A stretch of 64,000 nucleotides of DNA from Anaerolineales bacterium (GTDB taxonomy: Bacteria > Chloroflexota > Anaerolineae > Anaerolineales > Villigracilaceae), in assembly GCA_034434535.1 (NCBI GenBank), contig DAOTZC010000012.1:510128-574127 (forward strand), written 5' to 3'. The notes under the pieces were generated by a model that had not been told where the DNA came from, searched no databases, and was given only the letters and a program-made list of their open reading frames with translations. Below, in pieces: positions 1 to 8,645 of this stretch. Numbering within the stretch: position 1 is the first letter of the stretch; each line of letters starts with the position of its first letter. The position numbers and the translations under genes are program-made.

Positions 1-267
1 CCGCTCATTCGACCTGCCATTGCCACTGTCATCGTCATGCACGCCATCGGCATCTGGAACGAAGTGATTGCGCCCACCATCTACCTGACCAACAAAGATT
101 ATTATCCCATTACGCGCGGCCTGATTGTCTTTCAGGGTGTTTATGGCAGCAACTGGCCCACTCTGGCCGCGGCCGTTCTTCTCCTCACCCTGCCTATGCT
201 GATTTTATTCCTCTTCTTGCAGCGCTACATCGTCTCCGGTCTGACCGCAGGCGCTGTGAAAGGATAA
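1..267 (+). CDS. sugar ABC transporter permease, 3' fragment (gene starts upstream of window)
   Basis: Frame 1 is open from base 1 to TAA at 265-267. The hydrophobic C-terminal TM tail (NWPTLAAAVLLLTLPMLILFLFLQRY) is typical of MalG-type permeases. The stop overlaps the next start (TAATG). Confidence 0.65.
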   Translation, partial: PLIRPAIATVIVMHAIGIWNEVIAPTIYLTNKDYYPITRGLIVFQGVYGSNWPTLAAAVLLLTLPMLILFLFLQRYIVSGLTAGAVKG

Positions 268-1082
268 TGCCTATGTTTCGCCGCCTCGTCTTACTTCTGT
301 TGAGCGCCGCGTTGCTGATGAACGTTTTTGCGTGTAGCACTGTATCTTCCCCTGCGCCGGAACGCCCCGGCTGGAAACTCGTCTGGCATGATGAATTCGA
401 TGGCAAAGCAATTGATCGTTCTAACTGGACGTACGACATCGGTGGTCATGGCTGGGGCAACGGCGAAATGCAATACTACACCGACCGCCCTGAAAATGCG
501 TATCTCAAAGATGGCTATCTGATCATTGAAGCCCGTCAGGAAAAATACGAAGGCTCTTACTACACATCTGCCCGTCTTAAGAGCCAGGGACTGCGCGAGT
601 TCCAGTATGGGCGTCTCGAGGCCCGTCTCAAAGTGCCGGAGGGGAAAGGCTTTTGGCCTGCGTTTTGGATGCTTGGCTCGAACTTCCCTCAGGTTGGCTG
701 GCCCGATTGCGGCGAAATTGACATCATGGAATATCTTGGCAAAGAACCCGACCTGATTCTTGGTACGCTGCATGGCCCTGGCTACTCTGGTGCGCTCGGC
801 GTGAGCAAATGGAACCGGCAAGACTATCACATTGCCGACGATTTTCACACTTTCGCTATCGAATGGGATGAAAATCAGATTACCTGGTTTTATGACGAGG
901 TTTCCTACCATACCGTCACCCGCGAAGATGTTGGCAGTCGCCCCTGGGTTTTTGACCAACCCTTTTTCTTCATCATCAACCTGGCGGTCGGAGGCACGCT
1001 CGGCGGCATGGTCAGCCCACAGACCGTTTTTCCGGCCCAATATTTGATAGATTACGTCCGCGTGTACGAAAAACAGCCCTGA
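267..1082 (+). CDS. GH16 endo-beta-1,3-glucanase (laminarinase-like) lipoprotein
   Basis: GH16 catalytic motif E-I-D-I-M-E within WPDCGEIDIMEY. Lipobox-like signal LLMNVFAC-S. Typical GH16 C-terminus (DYVRVY). Confidence 0.85.
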   Translation: MPMFRRLVLLLLSAALLMNVFACSTVSSPAPERPGWKLVWHDEFDGKAIDRSNWTYDIGGHGWGNGEMQYYTDRPENAYLKDGYLIIEARQEKYEGSYYTSARLKSQGLREFQYGRLEARLKVPEGKGFWPAFWMLGSNFPQVGWPDCGEIDIMEYLGKEPDLILGTLHGPGYSGALGVSKWNRQDYHIADDFHTFAIEWDENQITWFYDEVSYHTVTREDVGSRPWVFDQPFFFIINLAVGGTLGGMVSPQTVFPAQYLIDYVRVYEKQP

Positions 1083-1100
1083 GAGTTTGGAGAACGTCCC

Positions 1101-4100
1101 ATGCTCAAAACTCGCCCCATTTACCTCGGTGAAACCCTGCTCCCGCCGCCTCCCGCTGAAGCAAACGGCGAATACGTCCCTCTTTTGGGAGAACCCTGGT
1201 ACAAAATTGCTCACTATGACGCCTTGCCGCCTTTTTTCATGAGCATTGTCAGCAGCGGCAATCATTGGTTGTTCATATCATCAACCGGCGGGCTGACGGC
1301 AGGCCGCGCTCATGCCGACCAGGCGCTCTTTCCCTATTACACCGAAGATAAACTGACCGATAACAGCGAAAATACCGGACACAAAGCCATCTTGCGCCTG
1401 ACGCGCGGCGCGCAGACCTGGCTGTGGGAGCCGTTCTCCGTCCGGCAGCAGGGCGTTTATCGCATCGAACGCAATCTATACAAGAACATCCCTGGCACGG
1501 CAGTTCTTTTTGAAGAAGTTAATCATTCGCTCCAGTCTGTCTTCCGCTACGCCTGGCGCGCCAGCGCTCGCTTTGGGTTTGTCAAAACGGTCTGGCTACA
1601 GAACATCAGCCGCGAGACCACTTGTCGCGTGGAACTTCTGGACGGCTTGCAAAACCTGTTGCCTGCCCATGTCGATTCAGCCGTCCAAAACCAGTATAGT
1701 TGTCTGCTTGATGCCTATAAGCGCAGCGAACTAGACTCTTCAACCGGTTTAGGAATTTTCAGCCTCAACTCGCGCCTGACCGACCTGGCGGAGCCGAGCG
1801 AATCACTTCGAGCCACATCCGTCTTTCAGGTGGGGTTGAATCCGCTTGGTTTTCTGCTCGCCTCGCGGCAGTTGGATGCTTTCCGCTTTGGCGGCGAACT
1901 TCAGCCGGAAAGCGAAGCGCGCGGCCAGCGCGGCGCGTATTTTGTTCATGCTCAACTATCATTCGATGCGGGTCAGGAACATGCCTGGCACCTGGTCGCC
2001 GATGTACATCAAGACCATGCGGCTCTTATGGAATTGCGCCGATTTTTGCGCACTCCTGCCGCCGCTCAACGCCAGAACATCGAGCAGGACATCGCTTTTA
2101 CTGCTTCTAACCTGCAAAAAATTGTTGCAAGCGCCGATGGAGCGCAGGTTTCTCAAAATCAACTTGCCACTGCTCACCATTTTGCCAATGTTCTCTTCAA
2201 CGTCATGCGTGGCGGCGTGTTTACACACCAGTATTGGATAGAAAAATCTGACCTGCTCAATTATTTGGAAACCCACCAGCGCGGAATCGTCCAGCAGCAA
2301 TCCGAATTCTTTGACCCTTTGCCCGAGCGCTTTACGCTTGCTGACCTTCAGCGCTGCATTGCCCAAACGCCCCTGGCCTTGCGCCGACTTCTGCTTACCT
2401 ATCTACCCCTGGCGTTCAGCCGTCGTCACGGCGACCCCAGCCGCCCCTGGAACCGCTTCTCGATCGACTTGCAAAATCCTGATGGTTCGCAGCGCTTGAA
2501 TTACGAAGGAAACTGGCGCGATATTTTTCAGAACTGGGAAGCGCTGGCTTACTCGTATCCCGATTATGTCGAAGCGATGATAGGCGTTTTTCTGAGCGCC
2601 ACCACCGCCGATGGCTACAATCCCTATCGCATCACCCGCGCCGGGGTGGATTGGGAAGTTCCTGAAGAAGGCAATCCCTGGGCAAATATTGGTTATTGGA
2701 GCGACCATCAAATTATTTACCTGCAAAAATTGATGGAAGTCAGCCAGCGCATGCATCCTGGTGCGCTGCGTACCTGGCTGTCTCAGCCGCTTTGGAGTTA
2801 TGCCAACGTTCCTTACCGCATCAAGCCCTACGCTGACCTGCTCAAAGACCCCTACCATACCATTGTTTTCGATGATGTTCTGCACGCCCAGATTGAGCGC
2901 GATGTCTGTGTGTATGGTACAGATGCCCGCCTTTTGCGCGCTCCCGACGGAAAGCCGCTTCTGGCTTCTTTAACCGAAAAATTACTCACCCTCTTGCTTG
3001 CCAAACTGGTCAACTTTGTTCCTGAAGGCGGCATTTGGATGAATACCCAACGCCCCGAATGGAATGACGCCAATAACGCTCTGGTTGGGCGCGGGCTTTC
3101 TGTGGTTACGCTGAGTTATCTGCGGCGTTTTCTGGTTTTTTTCCAGCGCCTTTTGGAAGGCCAAACTGATTCTTTCGCCGTGCGCGTCGAAGTGGTGGAA
3201 TGGCTTCGCGCCATCAGGACGGCTTTGCAACGGTTTGAGCATTTACTGGCGGGAGAGTTCACTCCCGCCGCGCGCCGCGCCATGATGAATCAACTTGGTC
3301 AGGCAGGCAGTGATTATCGCTGGAAGGTCTATGAAAACGGTTTTTCTGAGACCTTTACCTGCCTCCCAGCCGGGGAATTGCGGTCTTTTCTCCTGCTTTC
3401 CCAGCAGTACGTGGAACAGAGCTTGCGCGCCAACCGCCGCTCCGATTCCCTCTATCATTCTTACAATTTATTGCGCCTGCAAGATGATGAAGCCCACATT
3501 GACCGGTTGTATGAAATGCTCGAAGGGCAGGTTGCCATTTTGTCCTCGGGCATGCTCTCTGCCCGGGAATCGCTCGATTTATTGCGCAGTCTCCGGCGCA
3601 GTGCGCTCTACCGCTCTGACCAGCACAGTTACATTCTCTATCCCGATAAATCTCTGACTGGCTTTCTGGAAAAGAACTGTATCTTCCCTGAAGATATTTC
3701 CACGCTGCAATTACCGGCATTGCTGGCTGAGCATGGCGAATCCTCGCTTTTTATTCGTGATTTGAACGGACAATTCCATTTCAGCGGCGGCATTCGTAAC
3801 GAACGTGATGTGCGCCGCGCGCTGGACGCTTTGCAAACTCAACCAGCTTTTGCTTCACTCGCGCAGGCCGAAAGCCAGGCTATTTTAGATTTGTTTGAGC
3901 GCGTTTTCCACCATGCCGGGTTTACTGGCCGCTCTGGCTCATTTTTTGCTTACGAAGGGCTGGGCAGCATCTACTGGCACATGGTTGCCAAACTCTTGCT
4001 GGCCGTTCAGGAAACCGCTCAACGATTCGAGCAACATCCTCTTGGCCTGGAACTACGCGCCGCTTATGAAGAAATTCGCGCAGGCATGGGTTATCACAAA

Positions 4101-4559
4101 TCCCCGGCGGAATATGGCGCTTTTCCCACCGACCCGTATTCACATACCCCCAAGCACAATGGCGCGCGTCAGCCGGGCATGACCGGCGCAGTAAAAGAAG
4201 AAATTCTCACCCGCCAGGCTGAAACCGGCCTACTTTTTGTGGATGGGAAATTAACCTTCAGCCCCTTTTTGCTTTCCAAAACCGAATTATTGAACGAACC
4301 CCGCGAATTTTCTTATCTGGATGTGACCGGCGAGGAGCAAATCCTGACTTTGCCGGCTGGTTCTCTGGCCTGTTTTGTTTGCCAAACTCCCGTCATCCTG
4401 CGGTTTGGCGCGCGAGACGAGGTGACTCTTCACCGCGCCGATGAAACCATTCAAACTCTGGCGGGGCGCGCGCTGGACGAAGAAACCAGCCGCCACATTT
4501 TCTCCCGCGATGGGAGCATTCGTCAGGTCTGGGTGACATTTTCCGCCGAAAGTCTCTGA
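1101..4559 (+). CDS. 1152-aa cytoplasmic protein, candidate GH94/GH149/GH161-like glycoside (beta-glucan) phosphorylase
   Basis: RBS GGAGAA lies upstream and there is no signal peptide. GNWRDIFQN (R473/D474 at 2517-2522) resembles the RDxxQD motif. PEWNDANNAL (3057-3068) resembles the catalytic DWNDxLN motif I recall from cellobiose-phosphorylase-type enzymes. The gene sits directly after a GH16 laminarinase and an ABC sugar permease. Confidence 0.5.
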   Translation: MLKTRPIYLGETLLPPPPAEANGEYVPLLGEPWYKIAHYDALPPFFMSIVSSGNHWLFISSTGGLTAGRAHADQALFPYYTEDKLTDNSENTGHKAILRLTRGAQTWLWEPFSVRQQGVYRIERNLYKNIPGTAVLFEEVNHSLQSVFRYAWRASARFGFVKTVWLQNISRETTCRVELLDGLQNLLPAHVDSAVQNQYSCLLDAYKRSELDSSTGLGIFSLNSRLTDLAEPSESLRATSVFQVGLNPLGFLLASRQLDAFRFGGELQPESEARGQRGAYFVHAQLSFDAGQEHAWHLVADVHQDHAALMELRRFLRTPAAAQRQNIEQDIAFTASNLQKIVASADGAQVSQNQLATAHHFANVLFNVMRGGVFTHQYWIEKSDLLNYLETHQRGIVQQQSEFFDPLPERFTLADLQRCIAQTPLALRRLLLTYLPLAFSRRHGDPSRPWNRFSIDLQNPDGSQRLNYEGNWRDIFQNWEALAYSYPDYVEAMIGVFLSATTADGYNPYRITRAGVDWEVPEEGNPWANIGYWSDHQIIYLQKLMEVSQRMHPGALRTWLSQPLWSYANVPYRIKPYADLLKDPYHTIVFDDVLHAQIERDVCVYGTDARLLRAPDGKPLLASLTEKLLTLLLAKLVNFVPEGGIWMNTQRPEWNDANNALVGRGLSVVTLSYLRRFLVFFQRLLEGQTDSFAVRVEVVEWLRAIRTALQRFEHLLAGEFTPAARRAMMNQLGQAGSDYRWKVYENGFSETFTCLPAGELRSFLLLSQQYVEQSLRANRRSDSLYHSYNLLRLQDDEAHIDRLYEMLEGQVAILSSGMLSARESLDLLRSLRRSALYRSDQHSYILYPDKSLTGFLEKNCIFPEDISTLQLPALLAEHGESSLFIRDLNGQFHFSGGIRNERDVRRALDALQTQPAFASLAQAESQAILDLFERVFHHAGFTGRSGSFFAYEGLGSIYWHMVAKLLLAVQETAQRFEQHPLGLELRAAYEEIRAGMGYHKSPAEYGAFPTDPYSHTPKHNGARQPGMTGAVKEEILTRQAETGLLFVDGKLTFSPFLLSKTELLNEPREFSYLDVTGEEQILTLPAGSLACFVCQTPVILRFGARDEVTLHRADETIQTLAGRALDEETSRHIFSRDGSIRQVWVTFSAESL

Positions 4560-4638
4560 TTGGCGCGGCAGGTCAGGTTTCGGCCCCGGCGCGTGGATTG
4601 ACGGGATTGCCCTGAAAAAAACTTCGCCCTGCTGGTAA

Positions 4639-4665
4639 AATCCCTCCATCACGCTTCGAGGGATT
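4639..4665 (+). promoter_or_regulatory. stem-loop pairing the RBS of the downstream kinase-like gene
   Basis: AATCCCTC (4639-4646) is the exact reverse complement of GAGGGATT (4658-4665), with an 11-nt loop. The right arm contains the only Shine-Dalgarno-like GAGGG, 6 nt before ATG 4669. Confidence 0.3.
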
Positions 4666-4668
4666 CGC

Positions 4669-6015
4669 ATGGGCGCAACATGGCCGCAATGGGCAAAAAA
4701 AATGCGTCGGGTGTTTCAGTTTCCGGTGCATGGCGATAAGAACGTCCGCCGTCAATGGCTGGCGGGGGTCTTGTTGTTGTTCTTGTTCATCCTGGCGCTT
4801 TTGGCGCTGGTCAATGCCATCTTTTATTTTTGGCCGTTCAACAATCCCGATAACCTTTCTTACACGCTCTTTGTTGCGGCCATGACCGGCTTGCTGGCCT
4901 TGTTGTGGGCCGTCAACCGCAGCCTGTCGTTCAGCCGTTTTACCCGCCCGCTGACTGTCCTCCTGCTGGCGGTTGGCATCCTCTTTTCCGACTCGCCTGA
5001 AAGCGTGGTGTGGGGGTCTTCCTTTAGCCTGTTTGCGCTGCCCATCCTCAGCGCCAGTTTTATCCTTTCTCCAGCGGCCAGTTTTGTGGTGGCCTTGCTC
5101 ATCAACCTCGAAGTGCAAATTTTTGCCAGCCTCACCGTTCCAGGGCGTGAGATTTATCCCATTTACGATGGCATCAGCCTGCTCGCGATTGCCGGGGTGG
5201 CCTGGCTGGCCGCCGCCAGCCTGGAAAGCGTCCTCGACCACCTGGAGGAACTGGTGGCCGAGCGGACGGAAAGTCTCAAGAAAACCGTCGCACGCCTCAC
5301 CGAAGCGACGCAGACGATTCAGGCATATTCAGAGCAGATGGAATTGACCAATACCCGTCTGGAACAGGCCAACCTGTTCAAAAACCTGTTCCTTGCCTCC
5401 TTCCGCGACGAGTTGGAAGCCCCGCTGACAGCCATTTTGCAGGCCAGCGCCAATGTCTCCGACGAACTATCCACTGGTATTCTGCGCAACCCCGAACTGG
5501 CGCGCATTCATCGCAACGGACGTTTTTTGCAGGCTCTTATCAACTACATCCTCGACCTGGGCGACCTGGAGATGGGGACGCTGAAACTGGAGCGGACCTC
5601 GGTGGACCTGATTCCTCTCCTCCGCTCAACCGCCCAACTGCTTGATGAACAATTGGCGCTTAAGAAACAGCAGTTAAATCTCGATATTCCTCAGCAAACT
5701 GCTTACGCTTTTGTTGACCGCCGCCGCATCGAGCAGGTTTTAGTCAACCTGTTGAGTACGGCCAGCAAATTCAGCCCGGCGGGGAGCGAAATTTCCGTCT
5801 CACTACATGAGCGACCCAATGGCGTGTGGCAACTCTCCGTGCGCGATTCTGGCCCCGGCATCAGCCCGGAGCATGTCAACCGCATGTTTCAGCCCTTCAA
5901 GCGGCTGGGAGTCTCGCGCCGAATTCTTGAAATGCACGAAGGCAAACTCTGGCTCGATACGCTTACCGGTGGCGGGGCCAATTTCATCCTTCAGTTGCCT
6001 GCCAGCCGCGCCTGA
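4669..6015 (+). CDS. membrane sensor histidine-kinase-like protein with degenerate H-box, N-box and ATP lid (probable pseudokinase)
   Basis: About 5 N-terminal TM helices, a coiled coil, then a DHp-like FLASFRDELEAPLTAI where the phospho-His position is Asp247 (gac 5407-5409). The N-box reads NLLSTASKF, with Thr364 (5758-5760) in place of the Mg-binding Asn. The G1 box DSGPGI is kept. The segment between the F-box (FQPFKR) and the G2 region is missing. Confidence 0.75.
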   Translation: MGATWPQWAKKMRRVFQFPVHGDKNVRRQWLAGVLLLFLFILALLALVNAIFYFWPFNNPDNLSYTLFVAAMTGLLALLWAVNRSLSFSRFTRPLTVLLLAVGILFSDSPESVVWGSSFSLFALPILSASFILSPAASFVVALLINLEVQIFASLTVPGREIYPIYDGISLLAIAGVAWLAAASLESVLDHLEELVAERTESLKKTVARLTEATQTIQAYSEQMELTNTRLEQANLFKNLFLASFRDELEAPLTAILQASANVSDELSTGILRNPELARIHRNGRFLQALINYILDLGDLEMGTLKLERTSVDLIPLLRSTAQLLDEQLALKKQQLNLDIPQQTAYAFVDRRRIEQVLVNLLSTASKFSPAGSEISVSLHERPNGVWQLSVRDSGPGISPEHVNRMFQPFKRLGVSRRILEMHEGKLWLDTLTGGGANFILQLPASRA

Positions 6016-6029
6016 ACAACTCAAATTCT

Positions 6030-6911
6030 ATGAACCTTGCATCCAATCTCGCCATTGCCGCCGGTATCATCGTCGAAATTCTGCTACTCTGGGAGACCTC
6101 CGACCGCCAAAAGAAAAACCAATCCACGTCGGGTTTCTTTTCGCCGGGTCTGAGCCGCTTGCAGGAGGTTATCGGCCTGGTACTGCTCGTTTCCTGGGGG
6201 GGCATTGCCCTGGCGGACTATTTCGACCCGCCCTTGAGCCTGGCGGCCTTGAGCGCGATTCAGAACGCCATAATGGGGTTCTCGTTCATGTTCCTGTTTA
6301 TCTTTGGCATGGTCAGCCCCAAACTCCTGCCGCGCGTCAATGAGCAGACCATCGTTGCCATCAGCCTGGTAGCTTTCTACGGCCTGTTCAGCCTGGCGAA
6401 GCTGGAATGGTTCTGGCTTACCGCCCTGCTCCTGCCTGCGCTGGGCGTGTTTGGAATGGCGCTGACGACCCGCGTCATCCACCCCTATCTTAAGAGCCTC
6501 TTGTATTTCTGGTATCTCGTTTGCCTGCTCATCATGGCCCTCCAGAACAACTTCGAGATGTTCATTCGGCCTACTTCTGAACTCGAATTAACGCTCCTCG
6601 ATTATTTCATCGGCGGCGCGGCGGGCATTTTCCTGCTCTTGCACAGCATTTTCCTGGCGCGTTTTTTCCTCATGCTCACCGCCCTCATCCGGCCTGCCAA
6701 TCGTCATCTCATTGTTCTTGCTATGCCACAACTCTTCGATGACCAGCAGATTCCACGCCTGAAGTTCCTGGTCATCCTGGCGCTTTTTGGCGCCATTCTC
6801 GCGCTCAACCGGCTGACCGGACTGCTTCCCTCCATCAGCGCCCTCAACCTCCTGATTTTGCTGGCGGTTCATTTTATGGAGCGCCCGTTCCAGTTGACCG
6901 AAAGGCTCTAA
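6030..6911 (+). CDS. polytopic integral membrane protein, unknown function
   Basis: 293 aa with about 8 hydrophobic helices and no recognisable motif. Lies 15 nt after the kinase-like gene. Confidence 0.55.
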   Translation: MNLASNLAIAAGIIVEILLLWETSDRQKKNQSTSGFFSPGLSRLQEVIGLVLLVSWGGIALADYFDPPLSLAALSAIQNAIMGFSFMFLFIFGMVSPKLLPRVNEQTIVAISLVAFYGLFSLAKLEWFWLTALLLPALGVFGMALTTRVIHPYLKSLLYFWYLVCLLIMALQNNFEMFIRPTSELELTLLDYFIGGAAGIFLLLHSIFLARFFLMLTALIRPANRHLIVLAMPQLFDDQQIPRLKFLVILALFGAILALNRLTGLLPSISALNLLILLAVHFMERPFQLTERL

Positions 6912-6915
6912 CCTC

Positions 6916-7473
6916 ATGCGCGTCAAACGCTGGCCCCGCTCTCTTTCGGAACTTGCGCTTCTCCCTGATGTCCTGCTCTGGTTTTTGGCGGCTCTCGCGC
7001 CGCTCATGTTCCTGTTCAGCCTCATTGCCGGGTTCGACCAGGCTGCGCAGCATCGCGGCTTGCTGGCCGACCTGGCCGCGCATGGGCGGGTCGTCTCCGC
7101 CGAAATTAATCAAATTGATTTCGAGAGCCAGCGAGGCCGCATTACTCTGTTCTACCCTGCCGAAAATGAGCAACGAGAACTTGCCGTCATTCGCATTCTG
7201 GAGTTTTACCCTGCCGATTGGCTCAACCGTCTTGAAAAAGGGCAAACCCTTGAACTGCTCTGCGTCCCGCCCGGCCCTTACCGTCATGCTTACGAGGCCG
7301 TTCCGCTTCAGTATTACCCTGCCTTTCAGCGTCATCCCGGCATCACCCGCGATATTTGGGCTGTATTCCTGTTCTTTTTGCTGGTCGCCATCTACCGGCC
7401 ACACTTTCTGTTTCTTGGCTTCGTCCCTGTTACCGATATGAGCGTGACGTTATTGAGTGAAAACCCATCATGA
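6916..7473 (+). CDS. membrane-anchored protein, unknown function
   Basis: N-terminal TM (LLWFLAALAPLMFLFSLIAGF), a soluble beta-rich middle part, and a C-terminal TM (IWAVFLFFLLVAIY). The stop overlaps the start of the next gene (ATGA at 7470-7473). Confidence 0.5.
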   Translation: MRVKRWPRSLSELALLPDVLLWFLAALAPLMFLFSLIAGFDQAAQHRGLLADLAAHGRVVSAEINQIDFESQRGRITLFYPAENEQRELAVIRILEFYPADWLNRLEKGQTLELLCVPPGPYRHAYEAVPLQYYPAFQRHPGITRDIWAVFLFFLLVAIYRPHFLFLGFVPVTDMSVTLLSENPS

Positions 7474-8645
7474 TTTTTCTGTTTGTCCTCTCCACTCTCG
7501 CTTTTCTGGCGGCTTTGCTCATTCTCTATTGGCTGCACAACCAGGCCTGGCTCGATGTTCACACTCCGCATGTCGTCCCGCCTGCCGCCGGGCCGCTGGT
7601 CTCGCTCATCGTCCCGGCCCGCAACGAGGAAAAGAACATCCGTCGCTGCGTCCAATCCCTGCTTGCCCAGGATTACCCCAGCCTTGAAATCCTGGTTTTG
7701 GAGGACCGCTCGACCGACCTGACTCCCGTCATCTTGGCCGAACTCGCCGCCCAGGACCCCCGTCTCGTTATTTTAGCAGGGCGCGACCTGCCCCCTGGCT
7801 GGGCCGGTAAACCCCATGCCCTCTACCAGGCTGCCAAATCCGCCTCTGGCGAATGGCTTTTATTCGTGGATGCCGACACTTTTCTCGACCCGAACGCCGT
7901 CTCCGCCGCCCTGGCTTCGGCCCAAAAAAACGGGGCCGATTTGTACACCATCATGACCGAGCAAATCACCGGCTCATTCTGGGAGCGGGCCGTCATGCCG
8001 CTGGTCATGACCGCGCTCTCGGTGGGGTTCTCTCCCCGCAAGGTCAACGACCCCCACACCCGCGACGCCATCGCCAACGGCCAGTTCATCCTGATTAAGC
8101 GGCCTGTCTATGAAGCCATCGGCGGCCATGAAAAACTCAAAAACCAGATAGTCGAGGACAAAGCCATCTCCGAGCAGGTAAAATGGAATGGCTACCGCCT
8201 GGTGGTGGCAGATGGGCGCGGGATTGCCCAAACCCGCATGTACACCGACCTGCCCTCCATGTGGGAAGGCTGGACCAAAAACATCTACCTCGGCCTGGCC
8301 GATAAGCCTGCCATGTTGCTACTGGGCGCGTTTGGCGCGTTTTTGGCGCTGATGGCCGCGCTGGTCATGCCAGTCTGGCCTTTGCTGGGGCTGTTGTGGT
8401 ATCTTCAGGGCGGCGGTTGGATGTCGCTGGTTGTCATCTTTCAGGCGTTGGCAGTTTGGGCTGCGTTGCTCTATTTTCGGATGCGCGTCAATGACCAAAT
8501 GGACATTCCCCGCTGGTATGCCTTCACCACTCCGCTTGGCGCGGGCATCTTCGCCGCCATGATGTTCACCTCCGCCTGGAAAGTCCTCTCCGGTCAGGGC
8601 GTCACCTGGAAGGGACGCGCCTACGACCCTAAAACGGTTCGCTAA
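7470..8645 (+). CDS. membrane-integrated family 2 glycosyltransferase
   Basis: SLIVPARNEEKNIRRCVQSLLAQDYPSLEILVLEDRSTD (GT-A N-terminus), DxD-like FVDAD, N-terminal TM plus about 4 C-terminal TMs. Translationally coupled on both sides. Confidence 0.8.
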   Translation: MIFLFVLSTLAFLAALLILYWLHNQAWLDVHTPHVVPPAAGPLVSLIVPARNEEKNIRRCVQSLLAQDYPSLEILVLEDRSTDLTPVILAELAAQDPRLVILAGRDLPPGWAGKPHALYQAAKSASGEWLLFVDADTFLDPNAVSAALASAQKNGADLYTIMTEQITGSFWERAVMPLVMTALSVGFSPRKVNDPHTRDAIANGQFILIKRPVYEAIGGHEKLKNQIVEDKAISEQVKWNGYRLVVADGRGIAQTRMYTDLPSMWEGWTKNIYLGLADKPAMLLLGAFGAFLALMAALVMPVWPLLGLLWYLQGGGWMSLVVIFQALAVWAALLYFRMRVNDQMDIPRWYAFTTPLGAGIFAAMMFTSAWKVLSGQGVTWKGRAYDPKTVR

